DNA of 64,000 nucleotides from the NCBI RefSeq assembly GCF_006345805.1, contig NC_043006.1:57350001-57414000 (forward strand). Reading direction: 5' to 3'. Under the pieces are notes generated by a model that searched no databases, was not told the origin of the DNA, and saw nothing but the letters and a program-made list of their open reading frames with translations. Origin of the DNA: Octopus sinensis. Taxonomy: Eukaryota. Position 1 is the stretch's first letter, and the number at the start of each line of letters is the position of its first letter. Shown in pieces: positions 45,032 through 58,308 of the stretch. A program made the position numbers and the translations under genes.

Positions 45032-45889
45032 GACAGAAACAGGTGTGCTACCGCAAAGGAAATACACAGTTACCCAGCCTGAGGGAAGTGCAAGAGAAGG
45101 AGAGAGAGAGAGTGAGAGACAGCGGGATAGAGATGGTGGCAAAATGCCGGGCATACTCCATACTCTTGAGGTTCGAACGCAATAATATAAGTTACAGGAT
45201 ATTGCAAAGGAAGAGTGATCATAGAGTGCAAGTAAGAAGCGAATAACATGGGCGTATATATAGTCGACGGGTGCTACCGGATAGCAGTGATACAGAGGAA
45301 CAGGGCCGTGTGGACAGGAAAAGCAACTTAGACCCCGCTACATGTCTAAATTCAAGAACTGAACTTTTGGGATCATGTCCATATGTGGCTAAATATTTGT
45401 TACGTTTTTGGTCCTCCCAAGATCACATATAGAACCTGCTTTTTATATTGTGTCCACGTAAAAGCTTTTAATCTCTCTATACTTTATATGTATAAATATA
45501 TATATCTTATATATTTTTACATATCTTTTACATATTTATAGAGATATATTTTTATAGTCTTATTGCTTTATATATTTTTACACATTTTTTCTGTATTTTA
45601 CCTTTCACCCTGCATTTTTCTTGTGCATGTGCGTATATACACGTCTATATACGTGTATATGAACTGTTTTGTGTGCGAGTCTGTGTGTGTGTGTGTGTGT
45701 GCGTGTGTGCAGGTTTGTATATATGTACATGCATACGTACATGTGTATGGTTGCATATATACGTGGGTGTATATGCGAGTGTGAGTGAGCATATGCATAT
45801 ATAGCATGTATGTATTTTAGACGTGCATTTGAATATAATTGCATGTATAGGTTGTGCGCCTGTGTGTGTATGTGCGCGCGTGTGTGCAG

Positions 45890-45927
<38 letters not shown>

Positions 45928-46520
45928 ACATCATGCATGTGTGTGCGCGTGTGTGCGGGTATGTATATATGTACATGCATATGTACTTGTGTATGGTTGC
46001 ATATATATGTGGGTATACATGCATATGTTCCACGCGAGTATGAGTGAGCATATAGCATGTGTGTATTTTTAGACGTGTATTTGAATATAACTGTGCGCGT
46101 ATGGGTATGTGCACGTGTTTGTGTGTTGTGTGTGTGTGTGTGAGTGCGACGTGTGTGGATATGTAGACGTGTACATGCATGATTGCATATATATGCATCT
46201 ATTGGCGTATGTGTGGGTGTGCATGTGTGTTTCATGCGAGTGTGAGTGAGCATATGCATATAGGCACATGTACGTGGGTGTGCGTGCGCGCATGTGTATG
46301 TATGTACATGCACGCATACGCCATTGCTATGAGCATTTTTACACCTTTACTTTTTAATTCCTCCCCTTTAGTTTTTTTCCCTCATTTAACGGTCATTTAC
46401 ACAGCATATTTTGATTACCACGATAACTGAAGAGATGCCGGTGCAAGCTTCCGCCCCCCGAAATCCGAAACTCGGAGTTTTATTATGTCAACCAAATAAT
46501 TGTCACGTATTATATTACAG

Positions 46521-46562
<42 letters not shown>

Positions 46563-47226
46563 ATACCCACACACATATGACGTGCTTCTTTCAGTTTCCG
46601 TGTATCAAATCCACTCACAAGGCTTTGACTAACTCGGGGGTGGGGCTTAGCAGAAGACACTCGTTACGACACAGTGAGAGCGAGCCCGAAACTATGTGGT
46701 TGGGACCAACCTTCTTACCACAAGCAGTGACGGAGCGAATAGGCGAACAACGGGAGTGACTATCCCTACTAACACATTTTTTCAAAATTAACGCCTTTTA
46801 TAAAATGAATAATCAATGAGTTAAAAATTGTTTGGTATGTATCACGGCACCTTTATATATATTACATACACACTCACGTCCAGACCACCAGCCCTCTTTC
46901 ACACGCACATACATACTCTCTTATACACACACGCACCTTTGTGTTGGGGGCACCTTCGTATTGGAAGTCACTTGACCCTGTTATTTCCCCTACTGTCCCT
47001 CTCGCGTCTGACCACTGTCCGAAGTCAGGACGCCATGATAGATCGTTAGCTCCTACACGCACTTTTTTCTCTCCTTGTTTTTTTCTGTGTATCTTTCTGT
47101 CGAAGAGCGTAGGCTCGAAACGTAAAAGACTGTTTCTATTTCTATTCCTGAGCGCTATACTAATACATTTGTTTGTTTGTACTCCACCTGCCTTCGTCTT
47201 TTGTTTATTTTCGTAAACTTTCCCGT

Positions 47227-47261
<35 letters not shown>

Positions 47262-48615
47262 TATATATTATATATATATATATTATATAAAAGGGCTTAG
47301 TAAAATAAATTACTTTGCCGCATACTGAACTCATTAGAAATAGCAGCTAAAAAACTTTTTTAAAGCTATTTCTAATACTTAAGAAAATCTCTCTCATATA
47401 TAGTGTTTGCTTAATTCAACTCACAAAAGTTTGGGGGTAAGGACATCGAAAAATCAAATGCTAAGGTTATTCGAGAACGTACGTTTCAAGATTAGTCAAA
47501 ACAATTAATTAATTTTGCCCTCAATTGTTGAAATTATAATTAATCTCCCTCTGATTAATGCTTCGGATTTTACCGAAATAAGCATAGTGTTTGATGATTT
47601 TAACCCACGCTGGTGGAAAGGGGAGAACAGAGATTCTTCGCTTGCTTATTTGAATTTGTTGGCACTGTTAGTTGGGAGCAGATCTTCGAAGGGTATGTTC
47701 TTATTTTCAGTGTTTCCAAATCCAACCAAGGAATTTCTGAGCTGATGATAGAAGTGTTGTTTTGACTAATCTTGAAACGTACGTTCTCGAATAACCTTAG
47801 CATTTGATTTTTCGATGTCCTTACCCCCAAACTTTTGTGAGTTGAATTAAGCAAACACTATATATGAGAGAGATTTTCTTTAAGTATTAGAAATAGCTTT
47901 AAAAAAGTTTTTTAGCTGCTATTTCTAATGAGTTCAGTATGCGGCAAAGTAATTTATTTTACTAAGCCCTTTTATATAATGTAATAATTTGAATTCGCCT
48001 TGAATGGTCCCTTTGCATACTGAACACTTGGTGAAATTGATTAATATTAATTAATTTTGCCCTCAATTGTTGAAATTATAATTAATCTCCCTCTGATTAA
48101 TGCTTCGGATTTTACCGAATAAGCATAGTGTTTGATGATTTTAACCCACGCTGGTGGAAAGGGGAGAACAGAGATTCTTCGCTTGCTTATTTGAATTTGT
48201 TGGCACTGTTAGTTGGGAGCAGATCTTCGAAAGGGTATGTTCTTATTTTCAGTGTTTCCAAATCCAAACCAAGGAATTTCTGAGCTGATGATAGAAGTGT
48301 TGTTTTGACTAATCTTGAAACGTACGTTCTCGAATAACCTTAGCATTTGATTTTTCGATGTCCTTACCCCCAAACTTTTGTGAGTTGAATTAAGCAAACA
48401 CTATATATGAGAGAGATTTTCTTTAAGTATTAGAATAGCTTTAAAAAAGTTTTTTAGCTGCTATTTCTAATGAGTTCAGTATGCGGCAAAGTAATTTATT
48501 TTACTAAGCCCTTTTATATAATGTAATAATTTGAATTCGCCTTGAATGGTCCCTTTGCATACTGAACACTTGGTGAAATTGATTAATAATTAATTAATTT
48601 TGCCCTCAATTGTTG

Positions 48616-48654
<39 letters not shown>

Positions 48655-51600
48655 TCTATGCGCTCGCTCTCAATAACTTTAGAACCTGACTACAAGGTAT
48701 TCATAAAAATTAATTTGGTCTACCAAATGTCAGTAAAGCAAACATTGAAGCGAAAATAAATCTAGCTAAGTGCGATAAAGTGAAATAAAAAGGAGCCCAG
48801 GTTTGGTAGTCGGGTACATAAAATGTGAACGATGGTCGTGTTGCAAAAATAAAATTCTAAATACACTTTCTTATTCACAGGTTCGAATCTACCGGAATAT
48901 ATGTTGTTATGTTTCTGGAGATCTTATTCACCTTGTTAAAGGTCTTGGTGGTGTTCTTTTCATTATTCATAGCATTTGGCTTGGCATTCTACCTGTCTAT
49001 GAGTTCACAGGTAAATATGACCATTTAGTGTTGTTATTGTTGTTGTTGTTGATGATATTATCATTGTTCTTTCTCACAATCTCTTCCTCCTCCAGTCCTC
49101 TTTCTCCTTCTTCCTTCCACTTCTTCCTCCTTTCTCTTCCCCTGCTCTTTCACCTCTCTTAGTCTTCCTCAATCCTCCTCTTCCTCATTCCCCCTCTTCT
49201 TCTTCCTTCTCCCCTGGCTCCACCTCTTCCACCTACTTCACGAAGAATCCATCGGTGTGAAAAAAGTGACTTTACCTTTCATCCTTTCGGGGTCGATGAA
49301 ATAAGTACCAGTTGAACACCATGGGGATCGATGTAATCGACTCTTCCCCTCTTCCAAAATTGCTGCCTTTGCGGAAAAATTTGAAACCAATATTATTGGA
49401 GATGATGTTGCTGAATTAATCATGAAATGAGATGAAGTTGGCTACGCTATATTACAACAAAGCTAAACACGCGAACATTTAACAACAGATTTTATTAAGG
49501 ATATACATACACAAGTTATCAAATCTTCACTGGTAAGGAGATTAGGACTTAACTGTATCTGCTCGGACATTAGTTATCTGAAAGATGAGAGACCGCCCAA
49601 GTTGAAGCTTTTTCCTTGTTTTGCTAGGTGAGAGTCTATGTCCTGCTTGGAATGCCTTCAGAGCTCTGCTTTGGTCTGGCTTCTGGCGAAGGGTAAAATG
49701 TGTGTTCTCCGCGGTGGTCTTGAAATCACTAGTCTTAGATCTTCGCAGGCACTGCTTATCACACGAGAAAAACACACGAATCTCATAAACATTCAAGATG
49801 ATTGTTACACATTCATATCTATGTGTATACGTGCATCCCCACTCTTGGCACTATTTAGTTAGTGAATAGTACAAACTGTGTGTAAAGTACATAATGTATC
49901 ACTACGCTGAATGTCGAGTCCGTGTAACATGAAAAGTAAATATACACGTAAAACAATAACAATGGTTTTCATTTGGTTGTCTATCCCATTAGAACCCAAA
50001 CTACACATAACAATGATGTTCACGGCATGGCTTCAAACAGATTGATTGATTTTTAGGTCGTTCTCCTGAAAATGGTGTGGTCTATTTCAGACTGCGAACT
50101 GGTAATTTCACAGTTGGAGTTCAAAGCCTATAAAGCCTTAGCTGCGATAAGTGAATATATAGAAATCGAGAAAAAAATTCACTCCGTTTTCAGAAGATTA
50201 AAAGGCAATAGACTTATATAGTGGATCTTGTTAAATTTCTATCATCCACTTAAATTTTCTCAAATTTTCAACTGAATATTTATTAAAAAAATGTACTTTT
50301 GGTGCAGTTTTGTTTGCTAATGACGAAAATCGCTTTAATTTTTATTTTTAATAATAAAGAAGTTACGATCCTTTATGTAATTTAGCCAATCGAATTACTC
50401 TGTTGGCCACACAGCAGAAGTTGAAACTTTTTGTTGTCAACCACAGAGACAAAACGATAAACAAGAGACATGGGGATTATATGACGATAAGAAACGAGGT
50501 GAATACATGGTGATAAATAAATAAAAATCATGGTGATTACATTGTAAGAAGAAACATGGTGAATACATAGCGATAAATAAACTTTTATTCCCAAGTTTAA
50601 AACTCCAAAACAGAAAATTTGCAAATTAAATAAATTACTTGATACCTGCAAAAATGCAAAAATTTAAATTATCAAAAAAAAAAAGCTCTGAGAAATGAAA
50701 GTTTTGAATGGGTCAAAGATACCGTTGATCATAGGATTGCACACTTGGAGTTAAACAAAAGCAACAACAGCGACAAAGTATTCAACTGGCAAGAGATAAG
50801 TGAAAGTCCTAGTCTGACTACATGTGGAATTAGCATACAACTTAACATTTGAAACAGGGAACAGCGGACAATTCTTTACCATTTGATAATCTACCTTTGA
50901 ATGCAGTTTGCATCAGTTTACTATTTTCATTTATTCTGATTCTAGTTACAAATATCTGGGTTTTTTTTTGTTTTGGGGGGTTTATTTTTCTATATTGTCT
51001 AAAAAGGTTTAATCGTCCTTAAAGTTCCTTTTCTTTTTTTCTTCTATTTAGTCCGAGGCTTACGAGCAGATTTTTCCGTCCGTTCTGAAATCTCTAATGA
51101 TGATGCTGGAATTAGATTACTCTACCACATTCCACACCCTATTCCTAAATAACACCATCGATTATAAATCCGTTTACGTTATACTAATTTTGTATGTCAT
51201 CCTTATGCCTTTTCTGCTGATGAACTTACTGGTACGTATTTGTTTCTTTTTCCTTTGGGTTGGTTTCATATCGCTGAAGCTCTTTCTCCCTGCTCTCTGT
51301 AAGTGAAAAGAATTATGTTTGACATATGAAGAAAATAACAGTAATGATTCCATTTACAACAATTTTCTGTAGTTTCAATCATATTTTTAGGCTAAAATAA
51401 GAAAATATCCTTTTTTGAATCTTTTTTTTTTTTTTAAGTTTGAACTATACGGCCATCCCCAGGTCACCAGCAACTTGGGCACGTTATGGGATTATGATTT
51501 TCAAAATAAATAAATAAAATTAACGTTTTATTGCAATATCTAATAAATATGTAGATTTTAATCTTTGAGAAAATCTATAATATTAAAATGCTAGTGTAAC

Positions 51601-54600
51601 TACGTATGTTACACCGAGAAGTGGTTAAGCTGAAGGGAGAGGAAGAAGAGAAAGACTGAAGGTAAAGTGCATGTGTGCATCGGAGAAAGAGAGAGAGAGA
51701 GGGGGTGTTTAGTAGAGGGAAATATCGTGGTGGTGAGAGTTAGAAGGAAGTGAAAGCTATTGTTATGCAGTTAAGTAGGTAATTGAAGGAGACAGAGAGA
51801 GAGAGAGATAGGAAGAGGGGCACAGAGGTATTATGGAACGAATTACTTCAGCTTCGAATGTTCAACGGATACTTCATTAAGTCAATTATAGCCAACTAGC
51901 AGTATCGCCCGGCGTTGCTCGGGTTTGTAAGGGAAATAACTATATAAGCATTTTTAGAGAGTAATAGCAAAAAAATGCATTAAAAATGGGAAAAAAATGA
52001 TGGTAAATTTTTTTTTAAATCGTTGACTCATCGTAGACATTTTTAGAGAGTTACTTCCCTTATATAATAGCGAAAAAAATGCATTAAAATGGAAAAAAAT
52101 GATGGTAAATTTTTTTTTAAATCGTAAACTCATCGTAGACGCGCGCTAATACCCAGAAGGGCTCGATATGAATCACGACTATAAGATACTCGGTTTTGGT
52201 TAAACTGCACCGCAAAATGTGGGAGTAGTTAGGAATCTAAATCGTAGGAGACAGACACTCACACAACTTCACTTTTATATATAAAGATATAGCGTAAATT
52301 CATTTGAAAAGAGTTCAACAAGATTGAATGCTTGCTGTTGATGTCACCATCACCATCACGATGTCAACAATATTATCTTTAAATGTTATTTATCTGCCAC
52401 CTATCTCACTGATCTAGTCATTTTATTATTTTTCCTCCTCATTTTCAGATCGGTTTAGCCGTCGGAGACATTGAATCCATTCAAAAAAACGCAGGTCTTA
52501 AACGCCTTACTATGCAGGTGAGTAAAAACGGATAAATATGATTTTGCTTTTCTGCTGATATTCTATGTCAGCTGATCACGCGAATGACTTTCACAACAAA
52601 CTATGCTTAGCACATTAACAATTCGGTTTTGATATTTACCACTCATAGCAGACATCGTACATGCTGAGACATGATAATTAGAGTTGCTGGAATACCAGGT
52701 TACTGACAGCCAGGTCAAGTTCAATTCCTTTCGTGGACTTCGAGAAAACAATAAGGAAGCATTCCAGGTTATACTTCTCTTCAATAGTATCCCAACAAAC
52801 TTATATATTTCACAAATACTGCTGATGAAGTCATGAAAATACAACGATAAACTTTGATATTTAATATTGATTTCAAAATTTAGCACAAGGCTAGCAAGTT
52901 CGGATGAGAGGATAAATCGATTACATCGACCCCAATGTTCAACTGGTACTTATATTTTATCGACCCCGAAAGGATAAAAGGCAGAGTCAACCTCTGTAGA
53001 ATTTGAACTCAAAACATAAAGACAGATGAAATGCCGCTAAGCACTTTGTCCGCCATGCTGACTATTCAGCCGACTCGCCACCTTAATTTGGTACCTTATA
53101 TTATTCGATGCCACTTTGGCGTGTGATCTACAACTTAAAAGGGCGATTGCTTTAGATTGCTTTTTAGTTTACTTTTCAATTTCTGTTGGCTAAAGATTTT
53201 TACAATGTCATCAGCGACGAGACGAAGGCAGTCGCATTCTTACAAAGAAATGGCCTTTTAGATGATGAAGAAAATGTTACGCTATTTCATCGTTGTGGTG
53301 GAGAAATGAAAGAAGCTCGAAGAAAAAGTGAACACGGTGAAATTTTGCCAACTTTACGTTGCAAAACTTGTAGGTCTATCCGCATCGGAAATGGGTTTTT
53401 TTTTCTGTAATACTAGTTTTAATAACAAAATTCATTGCCATCTTTCTCTTATGATAAGGTGCTTCAGTTAACTGGTAGAGGTACCGAATCAAAATTTCAC
53501 TGTTTTTCCTTTAGAAATTGATAAGTTAACTAAAATGTAACATAAAGTAATTCAAGTTGTAGATCACACGCCAAAGTAGCTCCTGTTACTCTTTATTAGT
53601 CTAATTACAAAATACGTAGTATTATGAAGTAGAAAATCCAATGGAAACATAATTTCCTTGGTGCAGTAAAAAGATCAGCTGCGATGCGATTCGATCTGAT
53701 TGTGTAAGAAACCATTATTTATACTTGCAGGTAACAAGTCATACGGCAATTGAAAGAATGCTGCCAAAACGACTTCTGAGGCGGTTCAACAAAGAAACTT
53801 ATACGGTTTTCCCCAACGACCAAGGAAAATGTTCAAGTAGTGTAAGTAATTGTTTTACTTCTTTTTCTTCTCTTCTTTTATTTAAATCATCCACGTTTGT
53901 GTTGAATCTCAGTCGTTAATTTACATTTTTCTTTATTTCCTGGTCTTTGCAGTCCCTTTCAGATTGGTGAGGTTATATTAATGTAAGCCAATACCCACGT
54001 GTGGTAGGTTATACAAAGGCGGAATATGCCGCCCCCTCAAAGTAAGAGTAGACGAACATCGGAAAGCCATGACACGAGGAGATATTGATAAATCGTGTAT
54101 AGCTGATCATGTATGGAAAAATGGAGACCACCTCCCCCTGTGGGATGAAGTTAAAATAATAGACAGAGAACACCACTGGAAAATACGAAAACCAAAAGAA
54201 GCAGCACATATGCTAGGACACAGCAACCGCCTAAGCAGACCGAGAAAGATATGAGCAGGAAAAGAATTCCAGAAGCATTATGTTCTGGGAAGGAAGGGCT
54301 TGATTTAGTGTAGGGTCTAGTGGTGTTGGGTGTAACAATGATGACGACGTTGACGACGACGACGACGATAATGATGCTCACCAACACTCTAGTCTCAAGC
54401 CTACATAGCTCTTGTCTTCTCTTTTTGAATTCCTGCTTCAGTGATCTCTACTCTTTGTAGCAGGGAGTTCTCATGACATTTTGCTTCAAGCAATCCTGAC
54501 TCACGTCCCATGTGGTGTGAGTCATTCATCCACTTACCCATTATTCCTATCAATTGTTGAATCCGCCATCTGTCGAGCTTTTACCACTGCTAAAACATTT

Positions 54601-57388
54601 ACTGCTCCTCTGAACAAAGAAACAATTTACTACCCAATTGATCCCCAACCACCCCCGTCATCCTTCCGTGTTTTACTCCACTTCTTTATAAAATAAACTG
54701 AACATTCCTACACCTGCTATCCTCTTAAAACCTACCTTCTCCTACATGCAGCAATCTATTGAGGTCCAAGCTGAATATTGGTCGCATCAACATTGAGAGG
54801 TCGTAAATACTAAAAGCACTGTCCTTCTTCCTTGAGCTAAATAAATAAATAAATAAATTAATTAATTAATTAATTAAATGGTCCACTACATTGACTTTAT
54901 TTTGGCAAGAATTATCTAAGTTGATGCCACACTGCTAATCCTTCAATCTGTTTTTCATCATTTTGTTGTCAAGTGGACTCATAACATGAGGTTGAGAGCC
55001 AACCATGTACTCAAGAATATACCGATAAAATATGTATTTCTGTCAAGGAAAAGCATGAACACTTACGTTGTTAGTTCTTCTTACCACCATTCTTTTTTTA
55101 TATTTCCACAGATTATGAAGCAATCTCAACCCTCAAACAATGATAAATTCCAAAATATTGAGATATCTGCAGATAAAATAGACTGGGAAATGCGAAAACA
55201 GAACCAAAGGTAAAAAAATTCCTTTGCTCTTTTGGTCATTGTTGCTGTTGTTACTTCTACTGTGAAATAACTCCAGGTTAATCTTGACTAAACAGACCTA
55301 TGGTACGAAGGTAGTTAATCGAACTAAGGACAATTCCAGTGAAGCGTTTGTTTGCTTTTTGTCTTTTTACTTATTATTTCGCATACCTTAAAAAAGTTTA
55401 GTGTTCAGATAAGATATCTAATTATTGCCATATCTTTATTATTTTTTATCATTTTGTTGCTTCACTTCTACTTCACAAAATTGGTATGAGATTTCTCTGA
55501 TAAAGTGAACTGTAAGTAACAAGTACATCTCCACGGTTCATATTGTCACCATCACTTTGTGTGACAGGAATGAAACTTCCGTTGCCTTAAACCACCGATT
55601 AATTACAGCTATCGTGCCCAACCTTTTAAAACATGTTAACACTTACTTCACTATTTACTTTCCATGTTGATGTTATCTCTGGGTTATCTTCCTCGAGATT
55701 TAAGTTATTTTGTCGTGCCAGGGGATGTACAATATGGACATATTCCTTTCTTTCCACTGATCTAGCAGATACTGAAATGGCTATGTTTCACTGAGGAAAT
55801 TTAATAAAACTGAAAGATGTCTTTAGACATTATTTACATTTGAGGGATATTTGTCTTCATATTGTTTGTTAACACGTTTCGGCTGATATACCCTCCATCC
55901 ATACAGTGTAAAGAGAGGGATTGCTCAGTGCCTAAAACATCGAGCAAAGAATATAAGTAGCGATCGTGATACACACCACGAAGAAATGATCAAACTCAAT
56001 AACAATCTATTAAACAACAACTAGCCCCAAAAACATACTTTCCACACCAATTATGATAAGAGGGGATGAAACCAGTAAACTGTCCACAGTCTGTCTACAC
56101 TATGTGAAAGGCCTCTCCGAAAAGATACAAAAGATATGCGGCGCATCAGGACTGTATTCAAGAGTAATGCAACACTTCGCAAATATCTCCTCGAGTAAAA
56201 CCACCAATAGAAGAGAATATGACCAAAGACTGCATGTACTCCATTCCATGCAGCTGTGGTAGGTTATACAAAGGCGAAATATGCCGCCCCCTCAAAATAA
56301 TGGTAGACGAACATCGGGAAGCTGTGACACGAGGAGATATTGATAAATCGGGTATAGCTGATCATGTATGGAAAAATGGAGACCACCTCCCCCTGTGGGA
56401 TGAAGTTAAAATAATAGACAGAGAACACCACTGGAAAATACGAAAACCAAAAGAAGCAGCACATATGCTAGGGCATAAAAACCGCCTAAGCAGACTGAGT
56501 GCAGATATGAGTAGCATATGGGAACCAGTATTAAGGAAGGATAGGAAAATATTAGATTTATAAGCCCTAAAATTCACTCCATAATTGCCCACGGGCAACA
56601 ACAACATCGATAAATACCTTAGGAATCAGAACCCAGGTTCGAAAATTCCCCAAGACACCTGATGAAGGTTGGAGGGTATATCAGCCGAAATGTTGTGTTA
56701 ACAACACACAATATGAGGACAAATATCCGTCAAATCTAAATAATGTACATAATTCCTCATCTCTTATATATAGAACTGTATATTTACCAAACATCATGCT
56801 ATCCTATCACTCCGTGTTCCATTATCTATTTCCAGTTTCAATTATATAGTACCCTGATGAGTCAGCTTACTGAAAAAAATTCATTTTAAAAGTTGTCTCC
56901 CTAACCTTTGGATTTGATCATCATTGTTCAATAAGGTTTCCCTCTTTAATTTACAAATATAGTTGTGATTAAATTATTGTTCTCATACATTAAGTGTGTT
57001 AATGCTAACTTCACTAATAAGAAAATAAATATTAAATCACTATTCAGCATACATATGCCTATTTCGATCTAAAATCTTGTCGCCAAGTCGAAAGACATTC
57101 CATATATTCATATATATGTTGTTTCGTCTGTTATTTTCCCCGTTATCGTCGCAATTTATCTTTATTTAGAGTTCGGAGAACAGCCCTTATTTTTCTTATC
57201 ACTGCCCTTGTTTCAACTTACTTCTATCCTTCTTCGCCTGTCGTGTCCGCTCGTCTGTACCTCAACAGTTGACGTTGTTGATACCGACAAACTGAATATT
57301 GTCGTAAAGTGTTGAAATTGTGATGATGTTTGATTGAGAACTGATGTGGGATAAAATCTATTGGCGTTTATGTTTTTCGTTCTTTCTG

Positions 57389-57428
<40 letters not shown>

Positions 57429-57853
57429 TATATATATACAGTATTCTTTAACATGAATACTCTTACTGTGACTTCGAAGCTTCTGTCTGCTAAATTGTCA
57501 TTGGACTATGTTCATCTTGCTTGGAGTAGCCGGAGTTCTGTTGAATGATTATTGGGTTGTAGGGTACGCTGTGATGGAAAGGTATTATGGAAGATTTTTA
57601 TTGATTTAGTTTGGCGTTAACACTCATACATTTACATTGAATGCCAATATCCAGTTTTATACAACCATTTTGTCAATTATTTTCTTCAGGCGTAGGAGTG
57701 GCTGTGTGGTAAGTAGCTTGCTTACGAACCACATAGTTCCGGGTTCAGTCCCACTGCGTGGCACCTTGGGCAAGTGTCTTCTAATATAGCCTCGGGCCGA
57801 CCAAAGCCTTGTGAGTGGATTTGGTAGACGGAAACTGAAAGAAGCCTGTCGTA

Positions 57854-57916
<63 letters not shown>

Positions 57917-58275
57917 GTGTGTGCGTATATGTTTGTGTGTCTGTGTTTGCCCCCCCCACACACACACACACAGATGCTGGTGTGTTTATGTCCCCGTAAC
58001 TTAGCGGTTCGGCAAAAGAGACCGATAGAATAAGTACTAAGCTTACAAAGAATAAGTCCTTGGGTCGCTTTGCTCGACTAAAAGGCGGTGCTCCAGCATG
58101 GCCACAGTCAAATGACTGAAACAAGTAAAAGAGTAAAAGAGAGAATGCTAAACTCGTGTCCTGCTTCCACTTCAAATCATTTTCATTTTGATGTTAGCTC
58201 TAATGGTACTAAGGGTGCTAATGTCTAATTTTAAATTCCTACTTTCTCTTAAAGGTTTACTAAGGGATTAATTAC

Positions 58276-58308
<33 letters not shown>

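Noticed and set aside
51-46320. Dozens of ORFs of YIYI, MYVC, HTHT, poly-I and poly-L type
   Set aside because: They are translations of (TA)n, (CATA)n, (CA)n and (TAA)n microsatellites, with no splice or homology support.
53725-53736. cag|GTAACA as a recursive splice site
   Set aside because: The downstream sequence is a required coding exon, and GTA is simply its Val codon.
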